From the NCBI GenBank assembly GCA_963732385.1, contig CAVSZB010000007.1, positions 1,504,001 through 1,568,000 on the forward strand: 64,000 nucleotides of DNA, written 5' to 3'. The DNA is from an uncultured bacterium. Lineage in GTDB: Bacteria > Krumholzibacteriota > Krumholzibacteriia > LZORAL124-64-63. How positions within the stretch are numbered: position 1 is the first letter of the stretch; each line of letters starts with the position of its first letter. The notes below the pieces were generated by a model, which made no database searches, was not told where the DNA came from, and saw only the letters and a list, made by a program, of their open reading frames with translations. This document shows, in pieces, positions 21,540-32,538 of the stretch. The translations under genes were made by a program, and so were the position numbers.

Positions 21540-21942
21540 AGGCCGGAATGCACAGAACCATTCACCGCGCCAGGAGGGCTATTCCTCCTCCTGGGCCTGC
21601 AAGGTTGGTTTTGAAGGCAGCTGAATGGCACCGTGACTAACCGGGGAATCACCATCCCGGTGGCGAATTACAGGCGCCGATACTCGAACCGATCCCAAGC
21701 CCTGCGTGGACAAGACCAGCAATGCGTGCTATACTGGAAATCATGAACGGCTCGCTCCAGAGCTGGACTTGCGGTGTTGCCACAAACTCCGCGATCTTGA
21801 AGATGGGGCTACTATTCATGCATTTCGCACGGGCTTGTTATCGGGCTTTGTGCAACTACGAGGCAAATCTCCGCACGCTTAAAACTTATAGCACATACGA
21901 CTCGCACTCGGCACCGGCGACGATCGACGTGGAGTGATCAAT

Positions 21943-24306
21943 ATGAAGCGCACGATCTATCTCTCTGTGCTGGCAACTTTGTCGCTGACGCTGCTGACGA
22001 CGGCGGCTCCCTGCGAAAGCGGAAGCGATTCGAATGGACTAGCTGCGACCCAGCTCGCCACACGCCACACGATCCGCATGGCCGCATTTGCCACGGCGCT
22101 CGGAGTCTCCCCCGGTTCGACGGGCACGGCCACGACACGTTTCGGGTCTATCCTATCGGCATCCACGGACACGAACATCGTGGTTCCAGAGGCGCAGCTT
22201 GCCGGCACTGTCATCTCTACTTTGTACCCCCATAACGGATATCCCAACACTCGCAACATCTATTCCATGGCCACCAAGAACGCCGGCTCATACCCTAACC
22301 CGGCCGAGCAATTTCGACTGGCCATGCTTCGGTTCCCGATTTCCGGGCATGTACCTGCCGGAAGGCATGTGGTCAGTGCGCGACTAATACTAACAACTGT
22401 CGGCTCGTCAGCCACGATTGTGGCCGGTGCATACCGCGACACGGTGTTCGCCGTGCTAGACACGCTGCCAGGCCATGTTTGGCACACAAGCGAATTGGGT
22501 GGGCGCGCGGAGAGTCCACTCTATGTGGCCAGACGTGCCACGTCGTGGCTGCTGCGCCGTCAGTTTCAGATCGGCGCTGGCATGGCTTCGGACAGCGGCT
22601 ACCCTGGGGATGGCGTTGACGGGAGCCTGGCTCACGCCGGCTACGACACGGCTGAGTATTCATGGTCTCCGCCGTGGTCCGCTGTCGTACGCTCTATTGA
22701 CGTGGGACCGAGATCCTACGGGTTCGTCCCTGCTGCGACATGGACCGCCTACGCATCCAGTGCGGACTCAGGGGCTGGCGCTCGTGTTTCTCTCGACGTT
22801 ACGAGAGCCGTCCAGTACGCAGTCAACGGAGCACGAAACAACGGATTCCTCATCTGGTATCAAGACAATGGAGGCAGCGCTGCGACAATATTCCAGTTCC
22901 ATGATTTCGCCGCGTCAGCCGCCAATTACCACCTTACGCCGGCTCTAGAAATTATTTGGGACGACACTCCGTATACGTCTCCGTGGGGTAACGGCAAAGA
23001 AGTTGCCTTCGCGTTCACCTCAGACGACGGGATCAATGACGCGAATGATGCATGGTCTGCAATTTTTTCGGCGCGCAATCTTTCTTACACGATCAACGTG
23101 GCCCGGACGCAGATCAACAGAGACGCACCTTATGGTGGGACATTTCTCGATCTGGTTAATTGGTGGGATCGTGGCATGGAAATCGGCAATCACGGCTACC
23201 ACCACTGGGACATGCGCTCCTATCCGTTCGGGCCGACAGATGCAGGATACGCCGCTCTCGTGCCCGAGTTCTCGCGCGCTTGGATCGATTCTGGAATGGC
23301 AGCCAACGACGGCGACGATTCGCGCAGAGCCAGCTTCTACGCCTCCCAGCAAATGATCGGGCACGTATTCGCAACTCCCTTAACCTACTGGGACTTGAAC
23401 TGCATTGCTGTCGCCGACAGTCTCGGATACCTCGGCGTTCGGCTATGCGATACCTACACTGGCGACATGACGGTCGGCACAGCAATCGGGAGCATGTCGT
23501 CTCCCGGCGACACGCTCGGCGCTGACGGTCGTGGGGCGAAAACAACCAACCTCCGAAACTACGGAATCAGGGTCACCAATCCGTTCAACATTATGACCGT
23601 TCCTCGTTGGGACTATCCGATCAACATCGAGGCGGCCGTGTCGTCCGACAGCGCGGCCGTGAAACGGATCGTCCGCCTGTGCATCGAGGACCGCATCGTT
23701 CGCGGGCAGAATGCACTTTGGACTATGCTCTCCCACGACATCGACGCAGATATCTACGCCTTCGGAAACATCAGCGCGCAGCACATGCGGTGGATTCTTA
23801 ACGCGATGCAAGAATCCGGTGTCGTGCGCATCGACGCCCTCGGACCGCTGTTGAGTTTTATGCGATCGCAGCGGACGTTCATCGCGCATCCCGCCCATGG
23901 CGGGGATCTCTGGATTTCCCGTTTTAATGGTTTGCGTCATCGCGCCGACGGGTCTGCTGCGATGGTATGGGTTAATGGCATGTCTGGATGTCTTACTCCG
24001 GTCCATGTGGGCGCCACCAGAGCACCTGGCCGCCTGTTCCTTGCACAGAACAGCCCGAACCCGTTCAATCCCCGAACGACGATCCGCTTCGACATATCGC
24101 AGCCCGGGTTGGCGCAGATTCTGGTTTATGACCTGCGTGGGCGATTGGTGCGCAAGCTAGTGAAAAGTGAGATGGCGGCCGGCACCCACAATGTCGACTG
24201 GGATGGGCGGGATGATCGCGGGTACAACCTGCCGTCCGGAGTTTACATGGTTCGGATGACGACTGCCCAAGGGAGCCGGGTTACGAAGGCGACGCTGACG
24301 CGATAG
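21943..24306 (+). CDS. Exported protein: DNRLRE-like domain + NodB/polysaccharide-deacetylase-like domain + FlgD-Ig C-terminal domain
   Basis: Signal peptide MKRTIYLSVLATL; LRF..VVSARLIL, LDVT..V..NNGFLI..PALEI; FTSDDG, EIGNHGYHH; QNSPNPFNPRTTIRF..WDGRDD..SGVY. Confidence 0.75.
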   Translation: MKRTIYLSVLATLSLTLLTTAAPCESGSDSNGLAATQLATRHTIRMAAFATALGVSPGSTGTATTRFGSILSASTDTNIVVPEAQLAGTVISTLYPHNGYPNTRNIYSMATKNAGSYPNPAEQFRLAMLRFPISGHVPAGRHVVSARLILTTVGSSATIVAGAYRDTVFAVLDTLPGHVWHTSELGGRAESPLYVARRATSWLLRRQFQIGAGMASDSGYPGDGVDGSLAHAGYDTAEYSWSPPWSAVVRSIDVGPRSYGFVPAATWTAYASSADSGAGARVSLDVTRAVQYAVNGARNNGFLIWYQDNGGSAATIFQFHDFAASAANYHLTPALEIIWDDTPYTSPWGNGKEVAFAFTSDDGINDANDAWSAIFSARNLSYTINVARTQINRDAPYGGTFLDLVNWWDRGMEIGNHGYHHWDMRSYPFGPTDAGYAALVPEFSRAWIDSGMAANDGDDSRRASFYASQQMIGHVFATPLTYWDLNCIAVADSLGYLGVRLCDTYTGDMTVGTAIGSMSSPGDTLGADGRGAKTTNLRNYGIRVTNPFNIMTVPRWDYPINIEAAVSSDSAAVKRIVRLCIEDRIVRGQNALWTMLSHDIDADIYAFGNISAQHMRWILNAMQESGVVRIDALGPLLSFMRSQRTFIAHPAHGGDLWISRFNGLRHRADGSAAMVWVNGMSGCLTPVHVGATRAPGRLFLAQNSPNPFNPRTTIRFDISQPGLAQILVYDLRGRLVRKLVKSEMAAGTHNVDWDGRDDRGYNLPSGVYMVRMTTAQGSRVTKATLTR

Positions 24307-24440
24307 GGTTCGGTAAGGTCCTGCTTCCACCACGCTAAGATTCCGTCTGGGGCACTCAACAATTTGACGTAGTGGAATGAATCGCAGAGATGATGATGCA
24401 GGCCCCGATTGTACTCTGACAACTCGAGGAAAGACCTGTC

Positions 24441-25538
24441 GTGCCCAAGAAAATCTTCCTCATCGCCGCTGCGCGCCCGAATTTCATGAAAGTCGCCCCG
24501 CTGTGGCGAGCGATGGCCGCGCACCCGGATTCCCTGCTGCCGTTGCTGATCCACACCGGCCAGCACTACGACCAGAACATGTCCGGAATCTTCTTCGAGG
24601 AGCTCGGCCTGCCCTCCCCCTACGTGCATCTGGGGGTCGGCGGCGGCAGCCACGCCCAGCAGACCGCGGGGGTCATGGTGAAGTTCGAGGAGCTGTGCCT
24701 GCGGGAGCGGCCCGACCTGGTCGTGGTCGTAGGCGATGTAAACGCCACTATGGCTACTTCGGTTACCGCCGCCAAGCTGCACATTCCGGTGGCCCACGTC
24801 GAGGCAGGCTTGCGCAGCCGCGACATGAGCATGCCGGAGGAGATCAACCGGCTGCTCACCGACGCCATCGCCGACCTGCTTTTCACCCCGAGTCCCGACG
24901 CCGACCGCAATCTTCTGGCCGAAGGGGTTGCCCCGGGGAGGATCAAGCTCGTAGGCAACATCATGATCGACAGCCTGGTGGAATCGGTGGACAAAGCGCG
25001 CGGCCTGGGCACCTGCGCCCACTTCGGTCTGGAAATCGGCGGCTTCGGCATCGTCACCCTGCATAGGCCGGCCAACGTCGATGACCCTGATAGGCTGGCC
25101 CGCATACTCGATGTGCTGGTCGGAATGAACATTCCCCTGGTGTTCCCGGTGCACCCGCGCACACGCGCGGTCATGCGCCAGCACGACATCGACTCACACT
25201 GCCGTCTGGCCGACTCGCTGGTGATCCTGACCGATCCGCTGGGGTACTACGAGTTCATGAATTTAGTCATCCATGCGAAGCTCATCCTGACTGACTCGGG
25301 CGGCCTCCAAGAGGAGGCCACCTGGCTGGGCATACCTTGCCTCACGCTGCGACCCAACACCGAACGCCCGATCACTATCACCGAGGGCACCAGCGAACTG
25401 GCGACCATTGACACCCTGCCCGAGCAAACGGCACGCATCCTGGCCGGCAAATGGAAAAAGGGGCATGTCCCCGACCTGTGGGACGGCGCCACGGCGCCGC
25501 GCATCGTGGCGGCGATCGAGGAATTTCTTACGCGTTGA
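24441..25538 (+). CDS. wecB: UDP-N-acetylglucosamine 2-epimerase (non-hydrolysing)
   Basis: ARPNFMK, HTGQHYD, HVEAGLRS, MPEEINR, TDSGGLQEE, TERP. Confidence 0.95.
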   Translation: MPKKIFLIAAARPNFMKVAPLWRAMAAHPDSLLPLLIHTGQHYDQNMSGIFFEELGLPSPYVHLGVGGGSHAQQTAGVMVKFEELCLRERPDLVVVVGDVNATMATSVTAAKLHIPVAHVEAGLRSRDMSMPEEINRLLTDAIADLLFTPSPDADRNLLAEGVAPGRIKLVGNIMIDSLVESVDKARGLGTCAHFGLEIGGFGIVTLHRPANVDDPDRLARILDVLVGMNIPLVFPVHPRTRAVMRQHDIDSHCRLADSLVILTDPLGYYEFMNLVIHAKLILTDSGGLQEEATWLGIPCLTLRPNTERPITITEGTSELATIDTLPEQTARILAGKWKKGHVPDLWDGATAPRIVAAIEEFLTR

Positions 25539-25614
25539 AAATCGGCGCCGGACGCTACGCGAGGAGGACAGTACGAGATCCACAGGATCCGTAAGGGGGG
25601 CACGCCTGCCCTTA

Positions 25615-26649
25615 TCAGCGAGGGGCCGCCGGAACCCGCTTCCGTCCGGGCCTGGGAATGACAGCCCTTGCCAGATCGATGGCCCGGCTCAAAGCGACCC
25701 CGGCCAGATAACCGCGCCGGTATCCGCAGGCCACCAGCCTTTCGGCGACCGGGCGCCGGCTCATAAACTGGGCCGGGATGGGGCCTCCGCTCTCGAATTT
25801 CTTCGCCCTGTACCAGTCATACATTTTCCGGTGCACACTGCCATAGGTGCGACCATGGATGACTCTGGCATAGATCACGGAGTAATAGCAGAGCGTGCGA
25901 AATTCCTCACGCATCTCGCTTGAGTCGCCATAGTGCTGCCGAATCAGCTGATCAAGCCGATCCATGGCCAGCGTTACGGTATCGACGTGCGGGGAGAATG
26001 TTCTGACCAAGCTTCCCTCGCGATTGACGTAGACGATAGTCGGCTCATCCAGCTTCACGACGCTACGCGCCCGGCAGGTCAACTCGAACAGCGTGACAAA
26101 ATCCTCGGCCATGCTGATTCCGATCGGGAAGCGGATGCCTTCGTCTCGATACAGCCTCCTCCGGACCAGCTTGTTCCAGATGGCGACCGAGAAAAACGGC
26201 CGCAGGAGCAGGCGACCAAAGTCCCTGCCGTCGAGCGCGATGAACTCTCCCCCGGTTCTCCTGCTCTCGGCGCCGCTCTCCTCGTTCCTTTCCATGTAAT
26301 CGGAAACAACGATATCCGCCGCCGCCTCGACCGCCCCGCGGTGCAGAGACTCGCAGGCGGCCGGCATAAGGAGATCATCACCATCGACAAACAGTATGTA
26401 CTCGCCGGTCGCTTTTTCGAGGCCACAGTTGCGAGCGGAGCTGACCCCGCCATTGTCCTTATTGATCAACGTGATCCGGTCATCGGACCGGCATAATGAC
26501 TCGAGGATCGTTTGGGTACGGTCGGTGGAGCCGTCATTCACCACGATGATCTCGATGTCCCGCAGCGTCTGCGCGAGGATCGACTGCACGGTACCGCGGA
26601 TGTACCGTTCAACATTGTAGGCGGTGACAATCACGGAAACGGATTGCAT
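25615..26649 (-). CDS. Glycosyltransferase family 2
   Basis: SVIVTAYNVE, VNDGSTD, GVSSARN, FVDGDD, ED. Confidence 0.93.
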   Translation of the reverse strand: MQSVSVIVTAYNVERYIRGTVQSILAQTLRDIEIIVVNDGSTDRTQTILESLCRSDDRITLINKDNGGVSSARNCGLEKATGEYILFVDGDDLLMPAACESLHRGAVEAAADIVVSDYMERNEESGAESRRTGGEFIALDGRDFGRLLLRPFFSVAIWNKLVRRRLYRDEGIRFPIGISMAEDFVTLFELTCRARSVVKLDEPTIVYVNREGSLVRTFSPHVDTVTLAMDRLDQLIRQHYGDSSEMREEFRTLCYYSVIYARVIHGRTYGSVHRKMYDWYRAKKFESGGPIPAQFMSRRPVAERLVACGYRRGYLAGVALSRAIDLARAVIPRPGRKRVPAAPR

Positions 26650-26654
26650 CGTGA

Positions 26655-27698
26655 TCAGGCTCGGTTTCGGCTGAATTGTCCGGCGGCCCCGGTGATCGCG
26701 TCGCAGATGAACTCGACCAGCGCGACAGGGCCGGGCCGCGACACGTCACCCCGGCGTCCGGCCACCTTCAACCGCTGCGCCACATCGTCCGGGCTGGCCA
26801 GCAGCACGAGGCGGCCGGCCGCGGCCAGCGCCTCGTCCACCATACCGTCGCGTCCCCGGAAGAAGCTGTACGACGGCACGCCCATGATCGCGGCCTCGCG
26901 CGTCATGGTGCCACCCCCGCTGATCACCAAGTCCATGGCCGCCACCAGGCTGGGGCCGTCATAGACCTTCCGCGGGATAATGACCTCCGCCACACCGGCA
27001 CGCGCCGCCAGATCGCGCTGGTCAGCCGTTCGCGGCAGATAGACCAGCTGCACATCGCCCGTCGCCGCAAGCCGGGCCAGGACGGCATCGAAAATCGTCT
27101 CGGCCTCGGGGTTGTGATAGTGGGCGGTAGTCGCCGGGGGTCTCAGCAGCACCTTGACTGCCGTCGGCCGCAGGCCCAGATCGCCGGCCACCGTGCCAAT
27201 AAGTTCCCCGGCCCCGAGGTACAGCTCCTCCTTGAAGCCGGGATAGCTGACAACCTTCGCGGCAGCGATGCCAGCTTCGGAGCAACGGGAAGCCGTGATG
27301 ACCGCCGGCAGCAGGATGGTGCGGCAACCCCAATTGAACAGACGGGCATCGACCCACTCATAGTCGTACATGGTCACGCTCGGCACCCCGAGCAGACGCG
27401 AAGCGAGCGGCAGCGCCCGCGAACCGTGGCCGAAACTGACGGCCGCGCCCGACCCGCGCATAGCCCCCGCCAGCTGCCAGGCGCGCCCCAGCGTCCCCTT
27501 GACCTTCCCGCTCATGCCTTTGCCATATTCACCTCCGACGCGACGATAGCTGAAGCCGTACAGGTCGAGCAGATGGCAGGTATTGGCGCGGTCACGGGCA
27601 GTGAAGACCACTTCATGCCCGCGCCGCGTGAGCTCGGCCACGAGAGGGCGCATGATCAGGACGTGCGGGCCGTTATCGGCATCGAACCAAATCTTCAT
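26655..27698 (-). CDS. DUF354 family protein (GT-B-like)
   Basis: Start ATG 27698: MKIWFDADNGPHV, TARD, YPGFKEELY, SGGGTMTREAA. Confidence 0.85.
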   Translation of the reverse strand: MKIWFDADNGPHVLIMRPLVAELTRRGHEVVFTARDRANTCHLLDLYGFSYRRVGGEYGKGMSGKVKGTLGRAWQLAGAMRGSGAAVSFGHGSRALPLASRLLGVPSVTMYDYEWVDARLFNWGCRTILLPAVITASRCSEAGIAAAKVVSYPGFKEELYLGAGELIGTVAGDLGLRPTAVKVLLRPPATTAHYHNPEAETIFDAVLARLAATGDVQLVYLPRTADQRDLAARAGVAEVIIPRKVYDGPSLVAAMDLVISGGGTMTREAAIMGVPSYSFFRGRDGMVDEALAAAGRLVLLASPDDVAQRLKVAGRRGDVSRPGPVALVEFICDAITGAAGQFSRNRA

Positions 27699-27949
27699 GA
27701 CTGTCTCCTGAGCCGGGCGATCTGCGAATCGAGGCGGTTGACCTGGGAGCGCCAATGACTTGGGAGGCGCACACGGACTGAAAACCAGACAAACCACCAA
27801 CTTGCAAGAGAAGCATGTCATTTCTCTTTCCGTCAAGATCAGAAGAGCGGCCACGGCCATGAGTTATTGGATGGACCGTGATTCCCGCCTCTATCAGACG
27901 ATGTCGACTCCCGTCCCCACCGTTTCTGTCATCCGGCTCTGGAACGCTT

Positions 27950-28534
27950 GATCTCGTGCGAGGCTCTAAGGGGTGTGAATCACCAAACTGCCCCGGCTTG
28001 GTCCAACGGTATTCACTGGATTCGGTGATGGCGGCGTGGGGACACGTCTTGTCCGAGACCACCAGCATCACCGCACGAACCGACGGTTGTGGCGCCGGCT
28101 GCCGCGAAACATGAAGATGCGGACTTGAGAGTCCCGGTGCTGACCAAAAACTGCGCGGTCATACCGGCAGCCATCGTCGGCTTCCCGCCCGTCGTCAAAT
28201 GCCGCCATCTCACCACTGCGAATTATTTGATCACGGAGGTCGGCGCTGATGATCGGCGGCAGGGCGCATTGTAATCGAAAAGGGCTATAAAATCCTGTTG
28301 GAGGCCCTGAAGCTGGCCAGGACCGAGATGTCGGAGTTGCGCTGGCAAGCCATCGGGGACGACCCGCAGCTGCCCAAGCTCACCGCGCGGACAGCCGCGC
28401 TGGCTTCGGCGATAGTGCAATTGCTGCGCGACCCGTGGCGCGCGCAGGCATTGGGCGACGCCGCCCACGCCCGCTGCGTGACCGCCTACTCGATCCAGTC
28501 AGTCGTCCGGCACATCGAGGGTATCTATCGCTAG
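27950..28534 (+). pseudogene. Degraded GT4 glycosyltransferase fragments
   Basis: GRIVIEKGYKILLEAL..AIGDDPQL joins directly to LASAIVQLLRDP..YSIQSVVRHIEGIY with the ExxxxxxxE segment missing; in-frame TGA at 28250; another C-terminal-like fragment (LVQRYSLDSVMAAW) near 28000. Left boundary approximate. Confidence 0.6.
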
Positions 28535-30474
28535 GAAATCGCGCGGATCTGATTAGTCACGGCGTGATCGATGGATGACGGGGTGGGCGGGGTCTGCTGC
28601 GCCGCCAGCCAGGCTTGGAACATCAGGATATTCCACAAGTAGTTGCTTCGATCGACTTTGCCGCCCAGATGCTCCTGCCAGCGTTCGCGCACCAGCTTGG
28701 CGTCGAGCCAGCCGCTTTCTCGCAGGGTCGCCAGCGACAACAGATTTTCGGCCCAGTCGCGCAGGTCGTCGCGCAACCACCGGTTGATCGGCACGCCGAA
28801 TCCGCTCTTCGGTCGATCGACGAGCCGGTTCGGCACGTAGCGGTCAAGCAACGCGCGCAGGGGCCACTTGCCGCGCCCATCATGCCACTTGAGCGCCGCG
28901 GGCAGGCTCCAGGCAAATTCCACCACCCGATGATCGAGCAGCGGGATCCGGGACTCGAGACCGACGCTCATCCCCGCCCGGTCCACTTTGGCCAGGATGT
29001 CACCGGGCAGATAGCTGACAGCGTCGAGCCACATCATTTCATCACGAAAATCGTCCAGCCGCGCCTGTCCAGCCGGATCGGTGAGAATCGTCACTGTCTC
29101 GGCGGCGCCGGGGACCAGGCGCCCGGGCTCCCGGCAATGCGAGACCAGTCGCCGGTACAGGGCCGTCCGATCGCCGACGCCCAGAACCTCCCCCAGCTTG
29201 ACGGCCCACGGGTTCACCGGCGGCACCATCGACGCCAACATTCGCCGCAGAGGCGCCGAAACACGTTTGACCTGCCGCCACTGGTGTTCAGCATGATCGT
29301 AACGTTTGTAACCGCCGAACAGCTCGTCACCACCGTCGCCGGAGAGGCACACCGTAACCTGCGTCCGCGCCATGCGGCTGACGAGGATGGTCGGGACCTG
29401 CGAGGGGTCTCCGAAGGGCTCGTCGTAGATCATCGGGAGCAACGTGATCACGTCGAGAGTCTCGCGCGGCGACACGTAGAGTTCGGTATGGTCCGTCCCC
29501 AAGTGCGAGGCCACGTCTCGCGCGAAGTTGGCTTCGTTGAACTCCGCCTCCGAGAACCCAATGGTGAAGGTGCGCACCGGCCGCGCACTCTGTGCCTGCA
29601 TCAAAGCGACCACGAGGGACGAGTCGATGCCGCCGGAAAGGAACGCACCCACCGGCACATCCGCCACCATCTGGCCCGCCACCGCCGCGCGCAGCAGTTC
29701 ATCCAACCGCGAAAGCGCCTCCTGCGGGCACCCGGCAAAACGATTGGCCTGCGCCGCCTGCACCGTCTCCGCCGCCGACCAGTAGGCACGCGGCTCAGCG
29801 CAAGGCGTGGCGGCGGCAGCGGCGGGGACGCTCAGAAAAGCCCCCGGCAACAGCTTTCGCACGCCGCGGTAGATCGCATAGGGCTCGGGCACGTAGCTGT
29901 AGCGCAGGTAGAGCGCGAGCACGTCGCGGTCGAGGTTTCCGTGCCAACCGGGGAACGCGCACATCGCCTTGAGCTCGGAGGCGAAGAGAAGAACCGAACC
30001 TGACCAACCGTAGTAGAGAGGCTTCTCGCCCATGCGGTCGCGGGCCAGATGCAGGCAGCGCTCCCGGCCGTCCCACAGAGCAAGGCTGAACATACCCACC
30101 AGGCGAGGCAGCGTAGCCTCGAGCCCCCAGCGCGCAACAGCGGCTAGCAGCACTTCCGTATCGGAGGTACCGCGCCACCCGCCCTCTCCGGCAGCCTCCA
30201 GTTCGCGCCGCAGCTCCTGGTAGTTGTAGATCTCACCGTTGAACACGACAGTCCACCGACCATCGTTCGACGCCATCGGCTGGTGTCCCTGAGGTGACAG
30301 ATCGATGATCGAGAGACGGCGGTGGCCCAAGGCGATGCCAGCTGCCTCATCGCACCAATGTCCTGAGTCGTCCGGGCCGCGGTGTGTGAGTGCATCGGTC
30401 ATCCGACGCACGGCTTCCTGCGGCGACGTAACGACCAGACCTCCAGGTGCCCAAAAGCCCGCGATGCCACACAT
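28531..30474 (-). CDS. asnB: Asparagine synthase (glutamine-hydrolysing) family amidotransferase, EPS-associated
   Basis: MCGIAG start at 30474, HRGPD, FNGEIYN, RDRMGEKPLYY, FLSGGIDSS, SGDGGDELFGGY, KVDR. Confidence 0.95.
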   Translation of the reverse strand: MCGIAGFWAPGGLVVTSPQEAVRRMTDALTHRGPDDSGHWCDEAAGIALGHRRLSIIDLSPQGHQPMASNDGRWTVVFNGEIYNYQELRRELEAAGEGGWRGTSDTEVLLAAVARWGLEATLPRLVGMFSLALWDGRERCLHLARDRMGEKPLYYGWSGSVLLFASELKAMCAFPGWHGNLDRDVLALYLRYSYVPEPYAIYRGVRKLLPGAFLSVPAAAAATPCAEPRAYWSAAETVQAAQANRFAGCPQEALSRLDELLRAAVAGQMVADVPVGAFLSGGIDSSLVVALMQAQSARPVRTFTIGFSEAEFNEANFARDVASHLGTDHTELYVSPRETLDVITLLPMIYDEPFGDPSQVPTILVSRMARTQVTVCLSGDGGDELFGGYKRYDHAEHQWRQVKRVSAPLRRMLASMVPPVNPWAVKLGEVLGVGDRTALYRRLVSHCREPGRLVPGAAETVTILTDPAGQARLDDFRDEMMWLDAVSYLPGDILAKVDRAGMSVGLESRIPLLDHRVVEFAWSLPAALKWHDGRGKWPLRALLDRYVPNRLVDRPKSGFGVPINRWLRDDLRDWAENLLSLATLRESGWLDAKLVRERWQEHLGGKVDRSNYLWNILMFQAWLAAQQTPPTPSSIDHAVTNQIRAIS

Positions 30475-30619
30475 GATTGTTCCCATCTGGGCTGGCGCCC
30501 GGCCGCCGGCACGGGGCCGGCATCACAAGCGACAGATAGTAGTACCGCCCAGGTCGCATCGTCAATCGACTGACGGGCCCTACATGATGCTGCATAAATA
30601 ATGCAACGATCGCGACAAC

Positions 30620-31060
30620 AGTGACAGGCAGCGCCGCTCCCTTGTGGGCGCCGAGATCGCCCCAGACGACGATCACCGGGCCTGACGGTCAGCCCCGGAA
30701 TCACCGACAGGTGCCCGCAACAAAGGACATGGCGCAGGATCGGCGTCAGACCGCGTTGAACCCAGGTTCGCCGTACGACGGAAGTCAGCTGGGAACCCGT
30801 CTCGTCGACTAAGGCGATGTGGGCGCCCAGCCGCGCGGCGCGTAGTATACCCGCGGCCAGACTTCTTCCTGCCACTGTCGGATTCCGGCCTCATCACGCG
30901 GCCATACGCGACGCTGCGGGACTTGGCAGATCCAACCCAGCGCGTGCATAAAGCGGCCGACATAATCGCGATGATAGCGCACGTCGGACTGTTCGCTGAT
31001 CACCTTGGCAATCCTCGCGGTCGTCCACAGCTCCGTGCTGAAGCTGCTCCTGCCCACCCA
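30620..31060 (-). mobile_element. IS630-family transposase remnant (frameshifted, truncated)
   Basis: Three frames give LWTTARIAKVI..RYHRDYVGRFMHALGW..QVP (wHTH), LVDETG..VVRRTW..RG.TP, and IVVWGDLGAHK; no intact ORF or inverted repeats found. Confidence 0.75.
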
Positions 31061-31062
31061 CC

Positions 31063-32415
31063 TCAGTCACCACGCGGCCCCCGGAACGACGCTGTCGAGG
31101 AACCGTAACGCAGAACTGCTAACATGCCGCGTGCCTTAGTCCACGACTCGCGATAAAAGGCCAGTAAATCGGACAATCCCACTGTGTATGGCAAATGGAC
31201 GGGTATGATTCTATTCATGAACATATTGCCGATCAGCCTGCTCCCGATCATCAGCACCGCCTGCGCCGCGATGATCCCCACCATCCCGCCAAGCGCCATG
31301 CCGGCATACAAAAGCACCGGCGCCAGAAGGAGCGAGACAGCATTAGCCCAAATGGAAATGTCGTTACGGCTCATCGCGCGTAGAACCATCGATGAATTGA
31401 AAACAAGACCCAGCTTGACCAGCGTATTGATACGAAAGATCGGAATCGCGTCCGCATAGGCATCAGTGAACATGAACAGGATCAACGGCTTGGAGACCAG
31501 CAGCAGAAGCAGCACGAACGGCAGGGCGGCGGCGTAGCAACTGGTCAGTATGCGCCGCCAAAGCAGCCGGATGCCCTCCCAGTCCTTCTGTTGCTCCAGC
31601 AGCGCGAACTGGCCGAGCGCCACAACCGCTAGCGACTGAACAAACATCTGGATAAACGGCAGCTCCGTGCAGCCGGCGGAATAGACAGCATAAGCCTCAG
31701 TTCCATAATAGCGGCTAACAAAGAATTCATGAAGCCGAACGAGCATTGAGAATATTGTCCCAGAAGACCCAAGCACGATCCCGTAGCGAATCTGTTTCCG
31801 GATACCGAAGAAGTAGCGCTCGGCCCTAAACCCGTGCAAGCGCCAGTGGATATATACGAGCATAGCCAGCAGCTGCAAAGCGCGGGCAGCGACCAAAGCG
31901 ATCAGAACGGCATCGAGCCGCAGGGTCAGAAACGCCGCCACTACACAAAATACGCTCACCAGAGTCTGGCCGGCCACCTCGAAAACTGCAGCCGCCTTCA
32001 CGTTCTGGCTAGCAGTGAGATAACAGTCGCAGGCAATCGCCAGCATCAGGATAACGACATACGACGCCAGCTTCCAGAAGGCGTCATGCAGGATCGACAT
32101 GTTGAGCCAACGGCTCAGCGGACCGACGGTCAGGCCGATCACCGTGAAGGCCACCGCTGTGACAAAGACATTCATCAAAACGGTATTAAGGAAATAGGCG
32201 CCCGCATTACGCAGATCACGCGGAATAAAGTAATATAGGGCCTGGTTCAACCCGAGTTGAAATAAAGCCCCAATGTATACTTCGAGCAGGAAGAACTGGC
32301 GGTAGGCTCCAAAATCCGCGACGGTCAGCAGGCGCACCAGAAAATACGGCAGGACCAGCCGCACCCCATATCCTACCAGCTTGGAGCCAAAGATGTAAAG
32401 CGACTGGGTGAGCAA
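31063..32415 (-). CDS. wzx: Oligosaccharide flippase (Wzx/MOP family)
   Basis: Polytopic hydrophobic protein; LVRLLTVADFGAY, LYYFIP; EPS context. Confidence 0.85.
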   Translation of the reverse strand: MLTQSLYIFGSKLVGYGVRLVLPYFLVRLLTVADFGAYRQFFLLEVYIGALFQLGLNQALYYFIPRDLRNAGAYFLNTVLMNVFVTAVAFTVIGLTVGPLSRWLNMSILHDAFWKLASYVVILMLAIACDCYLTASQNVKAAAVFEVAGQTLVSVFCVVAAFLTLRLDAVLIALVAARALQLLAMLVYIHWRLHGFRAERYFFGIRKQIRYGIVLGSSGTIFSMLVRLHEFFVSRYYGTEAYAVYSAGCTELPFIQMFVQSLAVVALGQFALLEQQKDWEGIRLLWRRILTSCYAAALPFVLLLLLVSKPLILFMFTDAYADAIPIFRINTLVKLGLVFNSSMVLRAMSRNDISIWANAVSLLLAPVLLYAGMALGGMVGIIAAQAVLMIGSRLIGNMFMNRIIPVHLPYTVGLSDLLAFYRESWTKARGMLAVLRYGSSTASFRGPRGD

Positions 32416-32538
32416 CGTCGGCCTCTCCTCTTAGGATTCCAACGGCCTTATGCACAACGGCACCTCGATGAAGCCAATCATCGCGCCGACAGCATAAGTC
32501 ACAGTAGTATAATAGCGTCGGACCCGTCCCCCGGCTTG

